64,000 nucleotides of DNA from NCBI GenBank assembly GCA_965140445.1, contig OZ223236.1:896001-960000 (forward strand), written 5' to 3'. The translations under genes and the position numbers were made by a program. The first letter of the stretch is position 1, and each line of letters begins with the position of its first letter. The notes below the pieces were generated by a model. It was not told the DNA's origin, ran no database searches, and was given only the letters and a program-made list of their open reading frames with translations. This document shows, one piece after another, positions 47,541 through 58,200 of the stretch. The stretch comes from Candidatus Ozemobacteraceae bacterium (lineage in GTDB: Bacteria > Muiribacteriota > Ozemobacteria > Ozemobacterales > Ozemobacteraceae).

Positions 47541-49193
47541 ATGGCTGAATGGAAGAAAATTGGTGAAATCCTTTTGTGCAAAGGAGCAGTCAGTGAAGAC
47601 ATGCTGTCTTCTGCTCTTCTTCAGCAAGAAAAAACTACCCCTAAAAGAAAGTTGGGAGAGATTCTTATAGAAAATGGCTTTATTTCTGAAGCTACACTTT
47701 TCTCGAATCTTGCCAATCAATGGGGAATTGATTTTGTAGAGTCTGTTGATCAGGCAGACGTTGATTTAAAACTGTTAGAACTTTTTCCACTAGAGCATTT
47801 GCGAAAACGATCAATGTTCCCTGTTCATAAAACTGGAGAAGAAATTTTTGTTGTAGCTTCAAACCCATTTCAAACTGGTTTGTCAGAAGAGTTGCGACAG
47901 ATGTTTGGTTGTCAGCTTCATTTTTTGGTTATGCCCCCATCTAGAATCAGCCAAATTTTAAATGAGACCTATGGAAAAGGCAGGGATTCGAAGGAGTTGA
48001 TTGAAACGATTACAATTGAAGAGGGCCTTGAGGGAGATCTGGAACAATTTAAAGTAGAAGATGTTCTTGAATCAGCAAATAAGGCTCCCGTTGTTAAGTT
48101 TGTTAATACGCTAATTTTTCAGTCTTTGCGAGAGCGGGCTTCGGATATTCATCTTGAATTAGCACCTGAAGCTTTTAGAATAAGGTATCGAATTGACGGG
48201 GTTTTGCTTGATCGATTTTCACCTCCTCGACAGCTTCATGCTCCCGTGACTTCTAGAATTAAGATTATGGCGGGTTTGGATATTGCGGAACGCAGGTTAC
48301 CCCAGGACGGAAAAATTAGGGTGAGGTTTGGCGAAAGAGAAGTGGATATTCGTGTGAGTTCTGTTCCTTGTGCGCATGGAGAAAGAATTGTGATGCGTCT
48401 TTTGGACAGAAAATCTGAGCTGCTTTCGCTGGAGCAGATGGGGATGCTTGAAGATACTCTTGTTACCTTTGATGCACTGATCAGGAGGCCCAATGGAATT
48501 CTTCTGGTAACTGGTCCTACGGGCTCAGGCAAAACCACAACTTTGTACGGCGCGATTATGAGAATTATCAGTCCGAATGTCAATATTATTACTCTTGAAG
48601 ACCCGGTTGAGTATGAGTTAGAGGGGGCAAGTCAAATTCCTGTAAAGCCAAGGATCGGTTTTACATTTGCTTCTGGACTTCGTTCGATATTACGCCAGGA
48701 TCCTGATGTGATTTTGCTTGGAGAGATTCGTGATGATGAAACTGCTTCAATGGCTATTCAGGCAAGTCTGACTGGCCATCTTGTTTTCTCTACGCTGCAT
48801 ACAAATGACTCAGCTTCAGCTGCCGTAAGACTTGTTGATATGAATGTGGAACCATATCTTGTGGCATCTACTTTGATAGGGGTTCTTGCTCAGAGGCTTG
48901 TTAGAAGTTTATGCCCCGCATGCCGCGAAAAAAACAATAATGGCGGATATATTGCCAAGGGCTGCACTAAATGTAGTGAAGGGTATAAAGGCAGAACAGG
49001 AATTTTTGAACTGTTACAGATTGACGAAGGGTTAGGGGCAGCTATTGGCAGAAAAGCTTCTTTGGATGAAATTCGTGGATTTGCTAAAAAACAGGGAATG
49101 CGAACTCTTTATGAGGATGGCCTTTTGAAAGTTGCCAATGGCCATACAACCTTAGCGGAGATTGAAAGAGTTTGTTGGCAGGGGAATTCATAA
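47541..49193 (+). CDS. gspE: Type II secretion ATPase E with an N-terminal MshEN-like domain
   Basis: ASDIH, RRLPQDG, GPTGSGKTTTLY, EDPVE, LRQDPD, TGHLVFSTLHTN. Confidence 0.95.
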   Translation: MAEWKKIGEILLCKGAVSEDMLSSALLQQEKTTPKRKLGEILIENGFISEATLFSNLANQWGIDFVESVDQADVDLKLLELFPLEHLRKRSMFPVHKTGEEIFVVASNPFQTGLSEELRQMFGCQLHFLVMPPSRISQILNETYGKGRDSKELIETITIEEGLEGDLEQFKVEDVLESANKAPVVKFVNTLIFQSLRERASDIHLELAPEAFRIRYRIDGVLLDRFSPPRQLHAPVTSRIKIMAGLDIAERRLPQDGKIRVRFGEREVDIRVSSVPCAHGERIVMRLLDRKSELLSLEQMGMLEDTLVTFDALIRRPNGILLVTGPTGSGKTTTLYGAIMRIISPNVNIITLEDPVEYELEGASQIPVKPRIGFTFASGLRSILRQDPDVILLGEIRDDETASMAIQASLTGHLVFSTLHTNDSASAAVRLVDMNVEPYLVASTLIGVLAQRLVRSLCPACREKNNNGGYIAKGCTKCSEGYKGRTGIFELLQIDEGLGAAIGRKASLDEIRGFAKKQGMRTLYEDGLLKVANGHTTLAEIERVCWQGNS

Positions 49194-50392
49194 TGCCTCT
49201 ATTTGATTATAAAGCTTATGATGCTTCTGGTAACGAGGTTTCTGGACAAACAAACGGAGAAGATCTTACTTCAGTTAGAGCCGATTTAAAATCTCAAGGC
49301 TTTACACCGTTTGAAGTTGCTGAATCAAAATTAACCTCCGAAGGAATTAGCTTTGGCAGCAGTTTTGGCTTGTCAGAGCGGGTAAAATTTTCCCGACAAA
49401 TGGCTGCCTTGTTAAAAGGGGGAGTCCCTTTAACCAAAGCTTTGGCAGGTCTTGAAAATCAATCGGCATGGGTAAAATTTCGCCCCAGATTAGTGAACTT
49501 GCGCGAGAGTATTGAAAAAGGGCAAGATCTTTCTGTTGCAATGGGAGAGCAGGGGGATATTTTTGATGGCACGTCTCTTTCAGTTATCAAAGTTGGAGAA
49601 ACCACAGGAAAGTTGGATTTCGCATTTGAACAGCTTGCTCTTCATCTTGAAAGAGAAATGGAGCACCGAAGAAGATTTATTGCAGCTGTAACCTATCCCG
49701 CAATTACTGCTGTTATTTCAGCAGGGGTATTAGCTTTTTTGATGGTTTATCTTGTTCCGTCAGTAGCAAAGATGTTCGCTGATGTTCAGGGGAAATTACC
49801 GCTGGTTACAAGGGTTTTAATAACATTTAGTAATTTGACCAGAGAGTATTGGATTCCCTTTGTACTTCTTTCAATTGCTGGCCTGGTATTATTCAGATTT
49901 GCTATGAAAACAAAAATTTTTCGAAGAAAATGTGAGATTGTTTTACTAAAGATTCCAGTCTGGGGAAGGTTTATAGAAGGAATGAGAATGGAGTCATGGG
50001 CGAGAAACTCCGGTATGATGGTTCGATGTGGGGTTTCTTTACTTGATTCGGTTAAGGTGTTAGAAGAAAATTCAGATTCAATTTTACATTCGGAAGCTTT
50101 AAAGAAAGTTGAAACTGGTTTAGAAAAAGGAAATTCGTTTACGGATGCTTTAAAAAATACAGACTATTTTCCTGTTTTTTTACTGCAAATGATAGAGGCA
50201 GGGGAGGCATCGGGAGAGCTGGCACCTATGCTCGAATCTTCCGCAAAAGAGCTGGAAGCTGAAAATAAGACAACGACCGATTTGTTTCTAAGTTTACTTG
50301 AGCCGTTATTAATTGTATTTATGGGAATTGTGGTGGGAACCATAATGATTGGGATTCTTTTACCTGTTTACGAAATGAATAAGTTTTTATGA
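49193..50392 (+). CDS. gspF: Type II secretion platform protein F
   Basis: MPLFDYKA, FSRQMA.LL.GGVPL, GE.TG.L, YP, GE.SGEL, LLEP. Confidence 0.93.
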   Translation: MPLFDYKAYDASGNEVSGQTNGEDLTSVRADLKSQGFTPFEVAESKLTSEGISFGSSFGLSERVKFSRQMAALLKGGVPLTKALAGLENQSAWVKFRPRLVNLRESIEKGQDLSVAMGEQGDIFDGTSLSVIKVGETTGKLDFAFEQLALHLEREMEHRRRFIAAVTYPAITAVISAGVLAFLMVYLVPSVAKMFADVQGKLPLVTRVLITFSNLTREYWIPFVLLSIAGLVLFRFAMKTKIFRRKCEIVLLKIPVWGRFIEGMRMESWARNSGMMVRCGVSLLDSVKVLEENSDSILHSEALKKVETGLEKGNSFTDALKNTDYFPVFLLQMIEAGEASGELAPMLESSAKELEAENKTTTDLFLSLLEPLLIVFMGIVVGTIMIGILLPVYEMNKFL

Positions 50393-50433
50393 GTTATACT
50401 AAAATTTATGGAAATATGTTGTTAGGAGGCCCC

Positions 50434-50880
50434 ATGGGCAGAATGAGGCAAGTTTCTGGTTTTACATTGATTGAACTACTGGTTGTTTTGGTTATTTTGA
50501 GTTTGCTGGCAGGAGTTGTTCTTCCAAGGATGATGGGCAGGACAGAAGATGCTAAGAGACAAACCGCAGAAATTCAGATCAGGAATCTGGAAAATGCCCT
50601 GAAGCTGTATTATGCAGACAATGGGTATTATCCAACCACAGAGCAGACCTTAAAAGCTCTGGTTGTAAAGCCTACAGCAGATCCGGTTCCTCAGAAGTGG
50701 AAGGGTCCCTATCTTGAGAAGGGTATTTTGCCAAAAGATCCTTGGGAAAAGCCTTATGTTTATCTTTCACCGGGCGTTCATTTACCAGAATATGACCTTA
50801 TGAGCTATGGAAAAGATGGAGTTTCTGGTGGTGAGGGTGAATTCGCGGATATAGAAAATTGGAATATAGGAAGAAAATAG
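50434..50880 (+). CDS. gspG: Type II secretion major pseudopilin G
   Basis: G|FTLIELLVV, ALKLY..DNG.YP, W.GPYL, DPW..PY.Y..PG, S.G.DG..GGEG..ADI; RBS AGGAGG. Confidence 0.95.
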   Translation: MGRMRQVSGFTLIELLVVLVILSLLAGVVLPRMMGRTEDAKRQTAEIQIRNLENALKLYYADNGYYPTTEQTLKALVVKPTADPVPQKWKGPYLEKGILPKDPWEKPYVYLSPGVHLPEYDLMSYGKDGVSGGEGEFADIENWNIGRK

Positions 50881-51350
50881 TATTTTGCTGGCGTAGAAGG
50901 CAAGGGTTTACTCTACTGGAGCTTCTGGTAGTGTTGACCCTATTGTCGTTTTCGGCAGGAATTATACTTCCTTCAGCCTCTGTTATTTTAAGACAAAATA
51001 GAGTGGATGGGCTTTCCAGAGAAATTGGGCTGTTGTGCCGTGAGGTTTTTCATCGCTCTGTTGCCTCTGGACTGGTTATGAGAGTCGGTTTTAATTCGAA
51101 AGGGTTGTTGGCTGCCTTTGTCGATGATAACGGGATATTGAAAGAAAAGTCTGACATTTTTTTGCAGGCTGTTTCTGTAGATAAAAAAATTAGACTAATC
51201 TGGCCAGAGAATGGCTGGGCTGTAATACCAGAGGGATATTGCGAGAGCCCGGTTATTAGAATCATTGATAATGAAACAGGAGAGAGTATCTCTTTTAAAT
51301 TTAGACCATATGATGCGAGATTTGAAGAAATAGCTCTTGGAGATGACTAG
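50859..51350 (+). CDS. gspH: Minor pseudopilin H
   Basis: QG|FTLLE; position in the operon. Confidence 0.75.
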   Translation: MEYRKKIVFCWRRRQGFTLLELLVVLTLLSFSAGIILPSASVILRQNRVDGLSREIGLLCREVFHRSVASGLVMRVGFNSKGLLAAFVDDNGILKEKSDIFLQAVSVDKKIRLIWPENGWAVIPEGYCESPVIRIIDNETGESISFKFRPYDARFEEIALGDD

Positions 51351-51748
51351 TGAAAAAAGCGAGTTTTGTTGTTTCCAGATCTGGAGTTACACTTATTGAA
51401 ATACTTGTAGCATTCGCTATTTTGGCAATGATTTCAGGTGCAATCTCAAGTGGAACAGGATATTTAACGGAGAGGCTGGTGAGAGCAGAAAAGGCAACTA
51501 TTGCTAGAAATCTAGCCTGGAAAAGAGTTGTGGAAGTTAAATCTGCCCCTCTGAGGATTGGTCACAATGTTAGCGATTTTGGTAAAGGTTTTTCAGGGTT
51601 CGAGTTTGCAGAAAATATTAATAGGGCAAACATTGGTGGCAAATCTGACAAAGGTTTGTATGAATACGAAATAGTTGTTTCCTGGAAACAGGCTTATAAA
51701 AGAGATAGTTTGGAACTCCACACGCTGTTAGCCGAATATAACAAATGA
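51350..51748 (+). CDS. gspI: Minor pseudopilin I
   Basis: SG|VTLIEILVAFAIL; position in the operon. Confidence 0.78.
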   Translation: MKKASFVVSRSGVTLIEILVAFAILAMISGAISSGTGYLTERLVRAEKATIARNLAWKRVVEVKSAPLRIGHNVSDFGKGFSGFEFAENINRANIGGKSDKGLYEYEIVVSWKQAYKRDSLELHTLLAEYNK

Positions 51749-52359
51749 AGATTAAACTGTTTAACAAACTAAAATTTAAAAATGGCTTTACTCTTATCGA
51801 AATCATGATTTCTTTACTTTTGTTAAGTGTTCTATTGTCGCTTTTAAGTGGAATGCTTTACAGCATGATGAAGCTTTCAAATACGGCCGAATCAGTTTCG
51901 GGGAGACAGAGAGAAGTCGCTTTTTGTCTTGATTTAATGCGCAAAGAGCTTGGTGAAATTGTTGTAAATAATAATGATTCGAGACTTACTTTGCTTGCTG
52001 GCGAAGACTTTTTATCCTATGCAACTACACGTCAGGAACTGGTAGCGAGGGATTCAATTCCTAGAGGACTTGCTCGCGTTGAGTGGCGCTTTGATCGCCA
52101 AAATGGAAATCTAATTCGCAAGGTATTTCAAGTTCCTGAGCCTGGGAGAATCCAGCCACCAGAAACAGAGACAAGATTTCTCTCGGATTTGAAACAGATT
52201 GAAATTGGATATTTGGATGATGAAACATGGAGAATTGCTGAAAGTGATTCATTTGTGATTCCAAAGACCAGAGGTATTTCTATTGTTTTAAGATTTAACA
52301 ATGCAGCTGGAAACTCAAATCAAAAGTCTTATTCCAGCTCTTTTCTACTTTACATATGA
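51745..52359 (+). CDS. gspJ: Minor pseudopilin J
   Basis: NG|FTLIE; position in the operon. Confidence 0.78.
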   Translation: MKIKLFNKLKFKNGFTLIEIMISLLLLSVLLSLLSGMLYSMMKLSNTAESVSGRQREVAFCLDLMRKELGEIVVNNNDSRLTLLAGEDFLSYATTRQELVARDSIPRGLARVEWRFDRQNGNLIRKVFQVPEPGRIQPPETETRFLSDLKQIEIGYLDDETWRIAESDSFVIPKTRGISIVLRFNNAAGNSNQKSYSSSFLLYI

Positions 52360-53348
52360 CTTCGATTATCAGAAATAAAAATGGAATGGCTCTTTTGTCT
52401 GTGGTATTGCTTTCTGCTTTGCTGATTACCCTTTATCTTCGGTATATGGATGAGGCTGGTCTTCAGGCTCGAATTGATGCCGGGCAGGAGCAGATTCTGC
52501 AGGCTCGTTGGGCTGCGCTCGGAGGGGTTGAGTTTGCCATGAGCTTACTTTATTCAGATCGAAACCCAACAGATAGCTACGAGGAACTTTGGGCAAAACG
52601 GAGTGAAGAGACTTTTGAAAATCCACTTTTTATTGGCCAGGCGAGTTGTGCTGTAAAAATTATTGATGAATCTGGAAAGGCAAATATAAATCTGGCAAAA
52701 GAAGAATTTCTTGTTGCGCTGTTTAATTACTACGATTTCGCATTAAATGCTTCTGGAACTATTTTTGGGGAAGATATTAAAATTGGGGGAGCTAGAAGGC
52801 TTGCCCATCATATTCTGGACTATATAGATGAAGATGATTCTCCAAGAGCAATGGGAGCTGAAATTGAAGACTATAACCTGAGAGATATTGCTGGGCCAAG
52901 AAATGGGGCTTTGCAAGATATTAGAGAACTTTATAATATTCCTGGAATAACAAAAAGCATGATGGTTGCCTCTGGAACCAGACCTGGGCTGGGTGACCTG
53001 TTTACTGTTTTTGGAGATGGGTGGATAAATCTTAATTCTGCCCCAAAAGGCCTAATTCGAGCTGTTCCCGGGTTGCCCGAGGATTACAGTTATGCTCGAA
53101 GAGAAGAATATTATGAGAATTTGTTTAGATCAATTCCTTTTCAGGAACTTGCGGGATATACTAATTATGTCGTAGGTTTTGATTGGCATATAAGTAAGGA
53201 CTACACAAAGAAATTTGTAATTTTTACAAGCTGGTTTAGAATTGAAGCTCATGCGCAAATTGGCAAAACACATAGGTGGGCTACAGCAATTGTTAAGCGA
53301 GAACGAAATGGCGATAGTAGAATTGTGAGGCTGGTAGAAGTTCCTTGA
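52356..53348 (+). CDS. gspK: Minor pseudopilin K
   Basis: NG|MALLSV, DSYEELWA, IIDESGKANIN, ILDYIDED, INLNSA. Confidence 0.9.
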   Translation: MTSIIRNKNGMALLSVVLLSALLITLYLRYMDEAGLQARIDAGQEQILQARWAALGGVEFAMSLLYSDRNPTDSYEELWAKRSEETFENPLFIGQASCAVKIIDESGKANINLAKEEFLVALFNYYDFALNASGTIFGEDIKIGGARRLAHHILDYIDEDDSPRAMGAEIEDYNLRDIAGPRNGALQDIRELYNIPGITKSMMVASGTRPGLGDLFTVFGDGWINLNSAPKGLIRAVPGLPEDYSYARREEYYENLFRSIPFQELAGYTNYVVGFDWHISKDYTKKFVIFTSWFRIEAHAQIGKTHRWATAIVKRERNGDSRIVRLVEVP

Positions 53349-54517
53349 TCAAAAAATATTTAATTTATTTCTTAAAATCTGATAAAAATGGCGACTGGTT
53401 TGAGCTTGATGAATCAAATCAGCTTTTGCCAGTTTCCCAAAAAGATTTTGATGCCTCCGAAAGACACTCAGATACTGAATTTATTCTAATTTTACCTTCA
53501 GAGATTGGTATTCCGTTTTGTCTAAAACTGCCTTTTGGTGAGGTGGGTAAAATTGAAAAAGTGCTTCCCCAGCTTGTAGCTGATGAATTTCATTCTGTTA
53601 AAAGTGATTGGTTGTTTTCCTGGAAAACTTTAAAACTGGCCGAAGATGGAGATAAATCAAGTTGGTCTATTTTTGGATTAGCTTTCTCTCCAGAGTTTTC
53701 TGAGATCACAATAGGGAAGGACAATTCCTGGGCGCTTGCCATCCCAGACCTGTGGTTACTTAGTTCAGACTTTGCAGGAAAAGCATGTAATTTAATTTCA
53801 CCGGTAGGGAATAGGTGTGTGGTTTTTTCTGCTGATGGGTCTTTGCAGGCAGTTTTATCAGAGGATGGCGGGCTTCCGGTTCAGAGCTATATGGCTATGA
53901 ATTCTATTGAAAATTTACAAGATTTTGATTTGAGTAAAGCGCTTGAAAAATTTCGAAGCAAAATAGAAGAGTTGATAGAAGAACCTGAAAAGAAAGATCT
54001 TTCAGGAGTGAAAGCCAGACAGGGAAAAAAAGTGGTGAAATTGCTTGCAGCAGCTGCTTTTGTATTAATTATTGGAATAACATTGATATATCACTTTTTT
54101 TTATGGGGAGAGGGGATTAGGTATGAAATAGCAGCTAATCGCGTTTCTCAAAATGTTAATAAGGTTTTTGCTGAGTTGCTTCCAGGAATTCCTGTTGTTG
54201 AGCCTGTTAGCCAGATTAAACGCACCATTAGTGAGGCCGAGGCTACTATGAAAAGCGCGGCTGATGCCCCCAACTTTAATGTTGCATCAATTTTGAAAAT
54301 TTTGGTTTATGAGAGAGGCGGCACGATTACTTTAGAATCTGTTAAGGGTGAGGGGCGCATAATCAGGGTAGTCGGAACTTCAGGAAACTATCAGGATTTG
54401 AACGTTTTCAAAGAGAAGTTGTCTAAATCTGACTTTTTTGGTCTGGTTGAGATAAAAGAGTCTAGTATGACTGGAAATTCTTTAAGATTTGTCCTGGAGG
54501 GAAGATGGAAAAACTAA
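53345..54517 (+). CDS. gspL: Type II secretion protein L
   Basis: Cytoplasmic domain, single TM, PilN-like periplasmic tail; follows gspK. Confidence 0.7.
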   Translation: MIKKYLIYFLKSDKNGDWFELDESNQLLPVSQKDFDASERHSDTEFILILPSEIGIPFCLKLPFGEVGKIEKVLPQLVADEFHSVKSDWLFSWKTLKLAEDGDKSSWSIFGLAFSPEFSEITIGKDNSWALAIPDLWLLSSDFAGKACNLISPVGNRCVVFSADGSLQAVLSEDGGLPVQSYMAMNSIENLQDFDLSKALEKFRSKIEELIEEPEKKDLSGVKARQGKKVVKLLAAAAFVLIIGITLIYHFFLWGEGIRYEIAANRVSQNVNKVFAELLPGIPVVEPVSQIKRTISEAEATMKSAADAPNFNVASILKILVYERGGTITLESVKGEGRIIRVVGTSGNYQDLNVFKEKLSKSDFFGLVEIKESSMTGNSLRFVLEGRWKN

Positions 54518-55014
54518 CTTCCTGGTGGCAAAGTAGAAGTGTTAGAGATAAAAGGGCGCTTGTTGCACTTGGTCTGTTTTTGCCAGCATTAATGTTTTGG
54601 TATTTTGTTACTTTGCCTTTAATTGACAGGCTAAAAATTCAGAAGAGAATTTTAACAACCAAAAATACCCAGGCAGAAGAATTTCAAAAATTGTGTAATG
54701 ACCTTGTAAAAATTAGATCAAAAAAATCAAGTTTCAAATTAACCAGTTCTCCTAAAATTTTGGAAGAGGTTGAATCTATACTGAATAAGAACCCAGAGAT
54801 CAAGGGAAAATTTCTGATTAATCGTTCCAGTCTTTTTTTTGCTGGAAAGACTAATCCTGCAGCTGAGATCCGTTTTGAGGGGATGTCTTCTCAGAGTTTA
54901 CTAACTGGACTTAATGAAATTATAGGTGGGGGAGTAAAGTTTTCCAGGTTTGAAATAAAAAAAATGGGAAACTCAAAAAACTCACTTTCTGGATCTGCTC
55001 AAATTTACAAATAA
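54505..55014 (+). CDS. gspM: Type II secretion protein M
   Basis: WWQSRSVRDKRAL + TM + P, a typical GspM N-terminus. Confidence 0.8.
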   Translation: MEKLTSWWQSRSVRDKRALVALGLFLPALMFWYFVTLPLIDRLKIQKRILTTKNTQAEEFQKLCNDLVKIRSKKSSFKLTSSPKILEEVESILNKNPEIKGKFLINRSSLFFAGKTNPAAEIRFEGMSSQSLLTGLNEIIGGGVKFSRFEIKKMGNSKNSLSGSAQIYK

Positions 55015-55100
55015 AATTTATTTATTTTTACCAAAAAAACAATAAAAAACTTTCGCCAAAATAAATAAACAAAAACAAACAAAAAAAAGTGCTTATCCTC

Positions 55101-55130
55101 TTGATTTTCAGATTTTATAAGTGCTAAATT
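55101..55130 (+). promoter_or_regulatory. Putative sigma70 promoter with an upstream A-tract (UP-like) region
   Basis: TTGATT 55101-55106, 18-nt spacer, TG-C-TAAATT ending at 55130; A tracts at about 55030-55088. Confidence 0.5.
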
Positions 55131-55278
55131 AAGTAACATAAAAAAATAGTGGGACCGACCAAAAATAGGCGGCTCTGAGAGAAGGAGGAAAACAAAAGAG
55201 AAGAAGGGAATTTTGGTTTTGTCCTTTCGCGCATTTAGAGATCACTCTATTGCAGGAATTCAGTAGGAGGTTAGGTGA

Positions 55279-58200
55279 ATGTCAGAAATTCGTTCACAGA
55301 AGAGCAGATTTTTAGCAGCTTTTTTTGCTATTTGTTTGCTGTTACCCGTGGCAGGTTTTTGTGCCGCAAATTTTTCCGTAACTGTTCGGAACCCACAAGG
55401 GAATCCGTTGTCAGGAGCTCAGGTTTATGCCTGGGATTATAATAATCTTTTTAACAAGGTTGGCCCTGTAACAACTAATTCTCAAGGTATCGCTACTTTT
55501 AGTTTGACAATAGCTCAAACTGCAGATAGCACAAGTAGTCCAAAGCCAAATATTGGTTTTCTTGCCGTTCCAGATAATGCCGCTGGAAACACCAATTATG
55601 CATTTGGAAGAGAAGAAGTTCTTTTCTATGATCTATGGGGAGGATCTATTGCTCCACCTGTGGATATGCAACTTGAAGAAGGATCTCTTGTTAGTCTGAT
55701 GCCGAAGAAAGACGGAGCTGTTGGCTTAGTAAGTCAGATGGAAATCTCAGTTCCTGGCGTACCTTATCAGGTAAAAACAATTATTGTGGGCGGATCAGAG
55801 ATTTCTGTTGCCACTCCTTCATATAATATTTACTGGCCAAAAATGACTCAGCTTAATGTCAGCCTTCGTGGTGATGGTAATTATTCTGACACTTACAAAC
55901 CTGAATATTATCTTTGGAAGGGCTTCTCTTTTAAAATTGAAGACCAGGCTTCATCAAGTTTTGTTTTGGACCACATGAAGGAAACTAAAGGGCAGATAGC
56001 ATTCAACCTGAGTCTCCCTTCTGAAGGTGCAATGGTTTATTATGATAACGGCGGATCATTGGGTTTTAATAACTTCAGAACGTTCGTTGGATCAACCACA
56101 CTTTATGTGCCACTTGGACTCTATAACTTTAAAGTTGTTCCGAGCAATAACTATGCTATAAATGTTTTCCCACAGCAATTGGTTACCTCTGCTTTGCAGA
56201 CTGTTGATGTGAATCTTGGGGATGGCTATGCTGTTACTGGAGCTGTTAATCTTGGAACTGCTGGAAATAAAGGCGCTCTTGCCAATGTTAAGGTTCTTGC
56301 AGAAGTAAAAGTTTCACTGGGTGGTTATGATAGCTGGATTCAGGTAGAACAGGCTAATCCTAGTTCCACAGATGGTTCTTTCTCCTTTGCACACAAATTT
56401 GCACCAGGAAACTACAGACTCAGAACCACTTATATTGCATATACTAATACATCAAGCTATGGTGTTGTAGATACTTATTCTACACCATGGGGATGCTACA
56501 GACATGCAACAACTCCTGAATTTACCGTGGCTGCCTCAAACATTACCCAAAATATCACAATGCCTCAGGCAACCGCATTTATGGCTACAGTTAAAGATGC
56601 AGCCAACAACCCTCTTCCTATGGTTAACTCTGTTGCCCCAGTTATGTTTGGTTTTATGCCAAAAGCTGGTCAGGAATATGGAACTGCAATTTCTAGCTAC
56701 AACATCTCTTATAATACAACTACTGGCGTAGCTTTTGCTCCGTTTATAGGAGAAGGCAATCTTGCAACCAGACTTGATATGCAAGATGTTCCAAACAATA
56801 AAGTATTCCAGAAGGTTTTTGCTCCATTTGCAATTCAACCAAATGTAACTAACGTTTCTTCTTACACAATTGATCCAAACAACTTTGTAACAGCAACTGG
56901 ATCTGTGTTTATTGGAAATGCTTCAGAACCATTTGGTGGAATGGGAACTATTAATGTTAGTCCGGTAGTTCCTGGTACCACTGTTTCTTCCAACAATGTT
57001 TTTAACCCATATGGAACTTATGGTGCTCAGCATCAGGATCTGAATGGAACTCCTGTTTATGCTTTCCAGCTTGAAAAAGGTGCTTCTTATGCCGTTAATG
57101 TAAAAGAACAAAGTAATTACAACAATGGCGCAGATGAATTTGCTGGATTGATTGGTTTTGTTCCTCTCAATACCATTATTAATGTTCCGGCAAACCAGAC
57201 CGAGCCTTACACTTTAAATGCTCCTGTAGCATTGGGTGGAAATTTCAATGGGCAACTCCTTATTGATGGACAAATTGTAACAAACGAGTCTGTTGGAATT
57301 GCTGTTGAAAATATCCCAGATGAAGATTATTCAAGCTGGTCCTGGAAATTTAGAAGAGTTGGCGTTGCCTCTCCAACATTCCAGGTTTCAGGTTTGCAGA
57401 CTGGACGCTATAAAATTGGTGTAAATCTTGACGGAATTCGCACTGATGCTCCTGTTTATGGAGTTCAGCAGAATCCATTGATTGCAAGGGAAATTTTCAT
57501 TGATGCCATGAACCCTCCTGCAGAACCTGTTAAATTAAACCTCAACACTGGTTTAATCGGATATGCTCAGGGTATGGTTATGGATGATAATGGTCAGCCT
57601 GTCGAAGGCCTGAAAATTGAAATTACTCAGGCTGAAGAAGTTGACCCAATGATGGCTGCTGATCCATATTATCAGCCAATGAAGGGAACTCCTGTATTCT
57701 ATTGTTCTACCAATGCACAAGGTGAAATAGTTCGTGGTGGAACTTCAAACCAGAACTTTATTCCTCTTGAAGCCGGTGATTATGCAATGTACATCGTTGG
57801 CATTGCATCTGAACCAGTAGGTTATAAATTTGGAGTCGAAGCCTACAGACCAGTTGCAAGCTTCAAGGTATTTCCAAATCAGGAAATCACTCCTGTATTC
57901 GCACAGATCGACAGAAAATATCCTGTCTCTGGAAGAATCACTGAGAATGGAACACCTCTGGCTTTCCTAAATTTCCAGGTTCTTAATCCTAATGGCGAAA
58001 ACCTTGGTTGGGGCTACACTGACGAAAACGGAGACTATCAGATTCCAGATGGAATTCCTGGTGGCGACGTTCAGCTTGGTATTGTAGTTGAGAAAGATGG
58101 AGCTCGCAGATTCTATCACGTTTGGAGAACTTTGCAGAGTGGACAAGCTAATGTTATGAACATTGAACTTGATCCTTCAACTTTGATTTCTCTTCAAATC

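Noticed and set aside
55140..55270. c-di-GMP-I riboswitch
   Set aside because: Only a GTGGGAC fragment resembles it; the GCAAA/GAAA P2 and P3 elements are not evident
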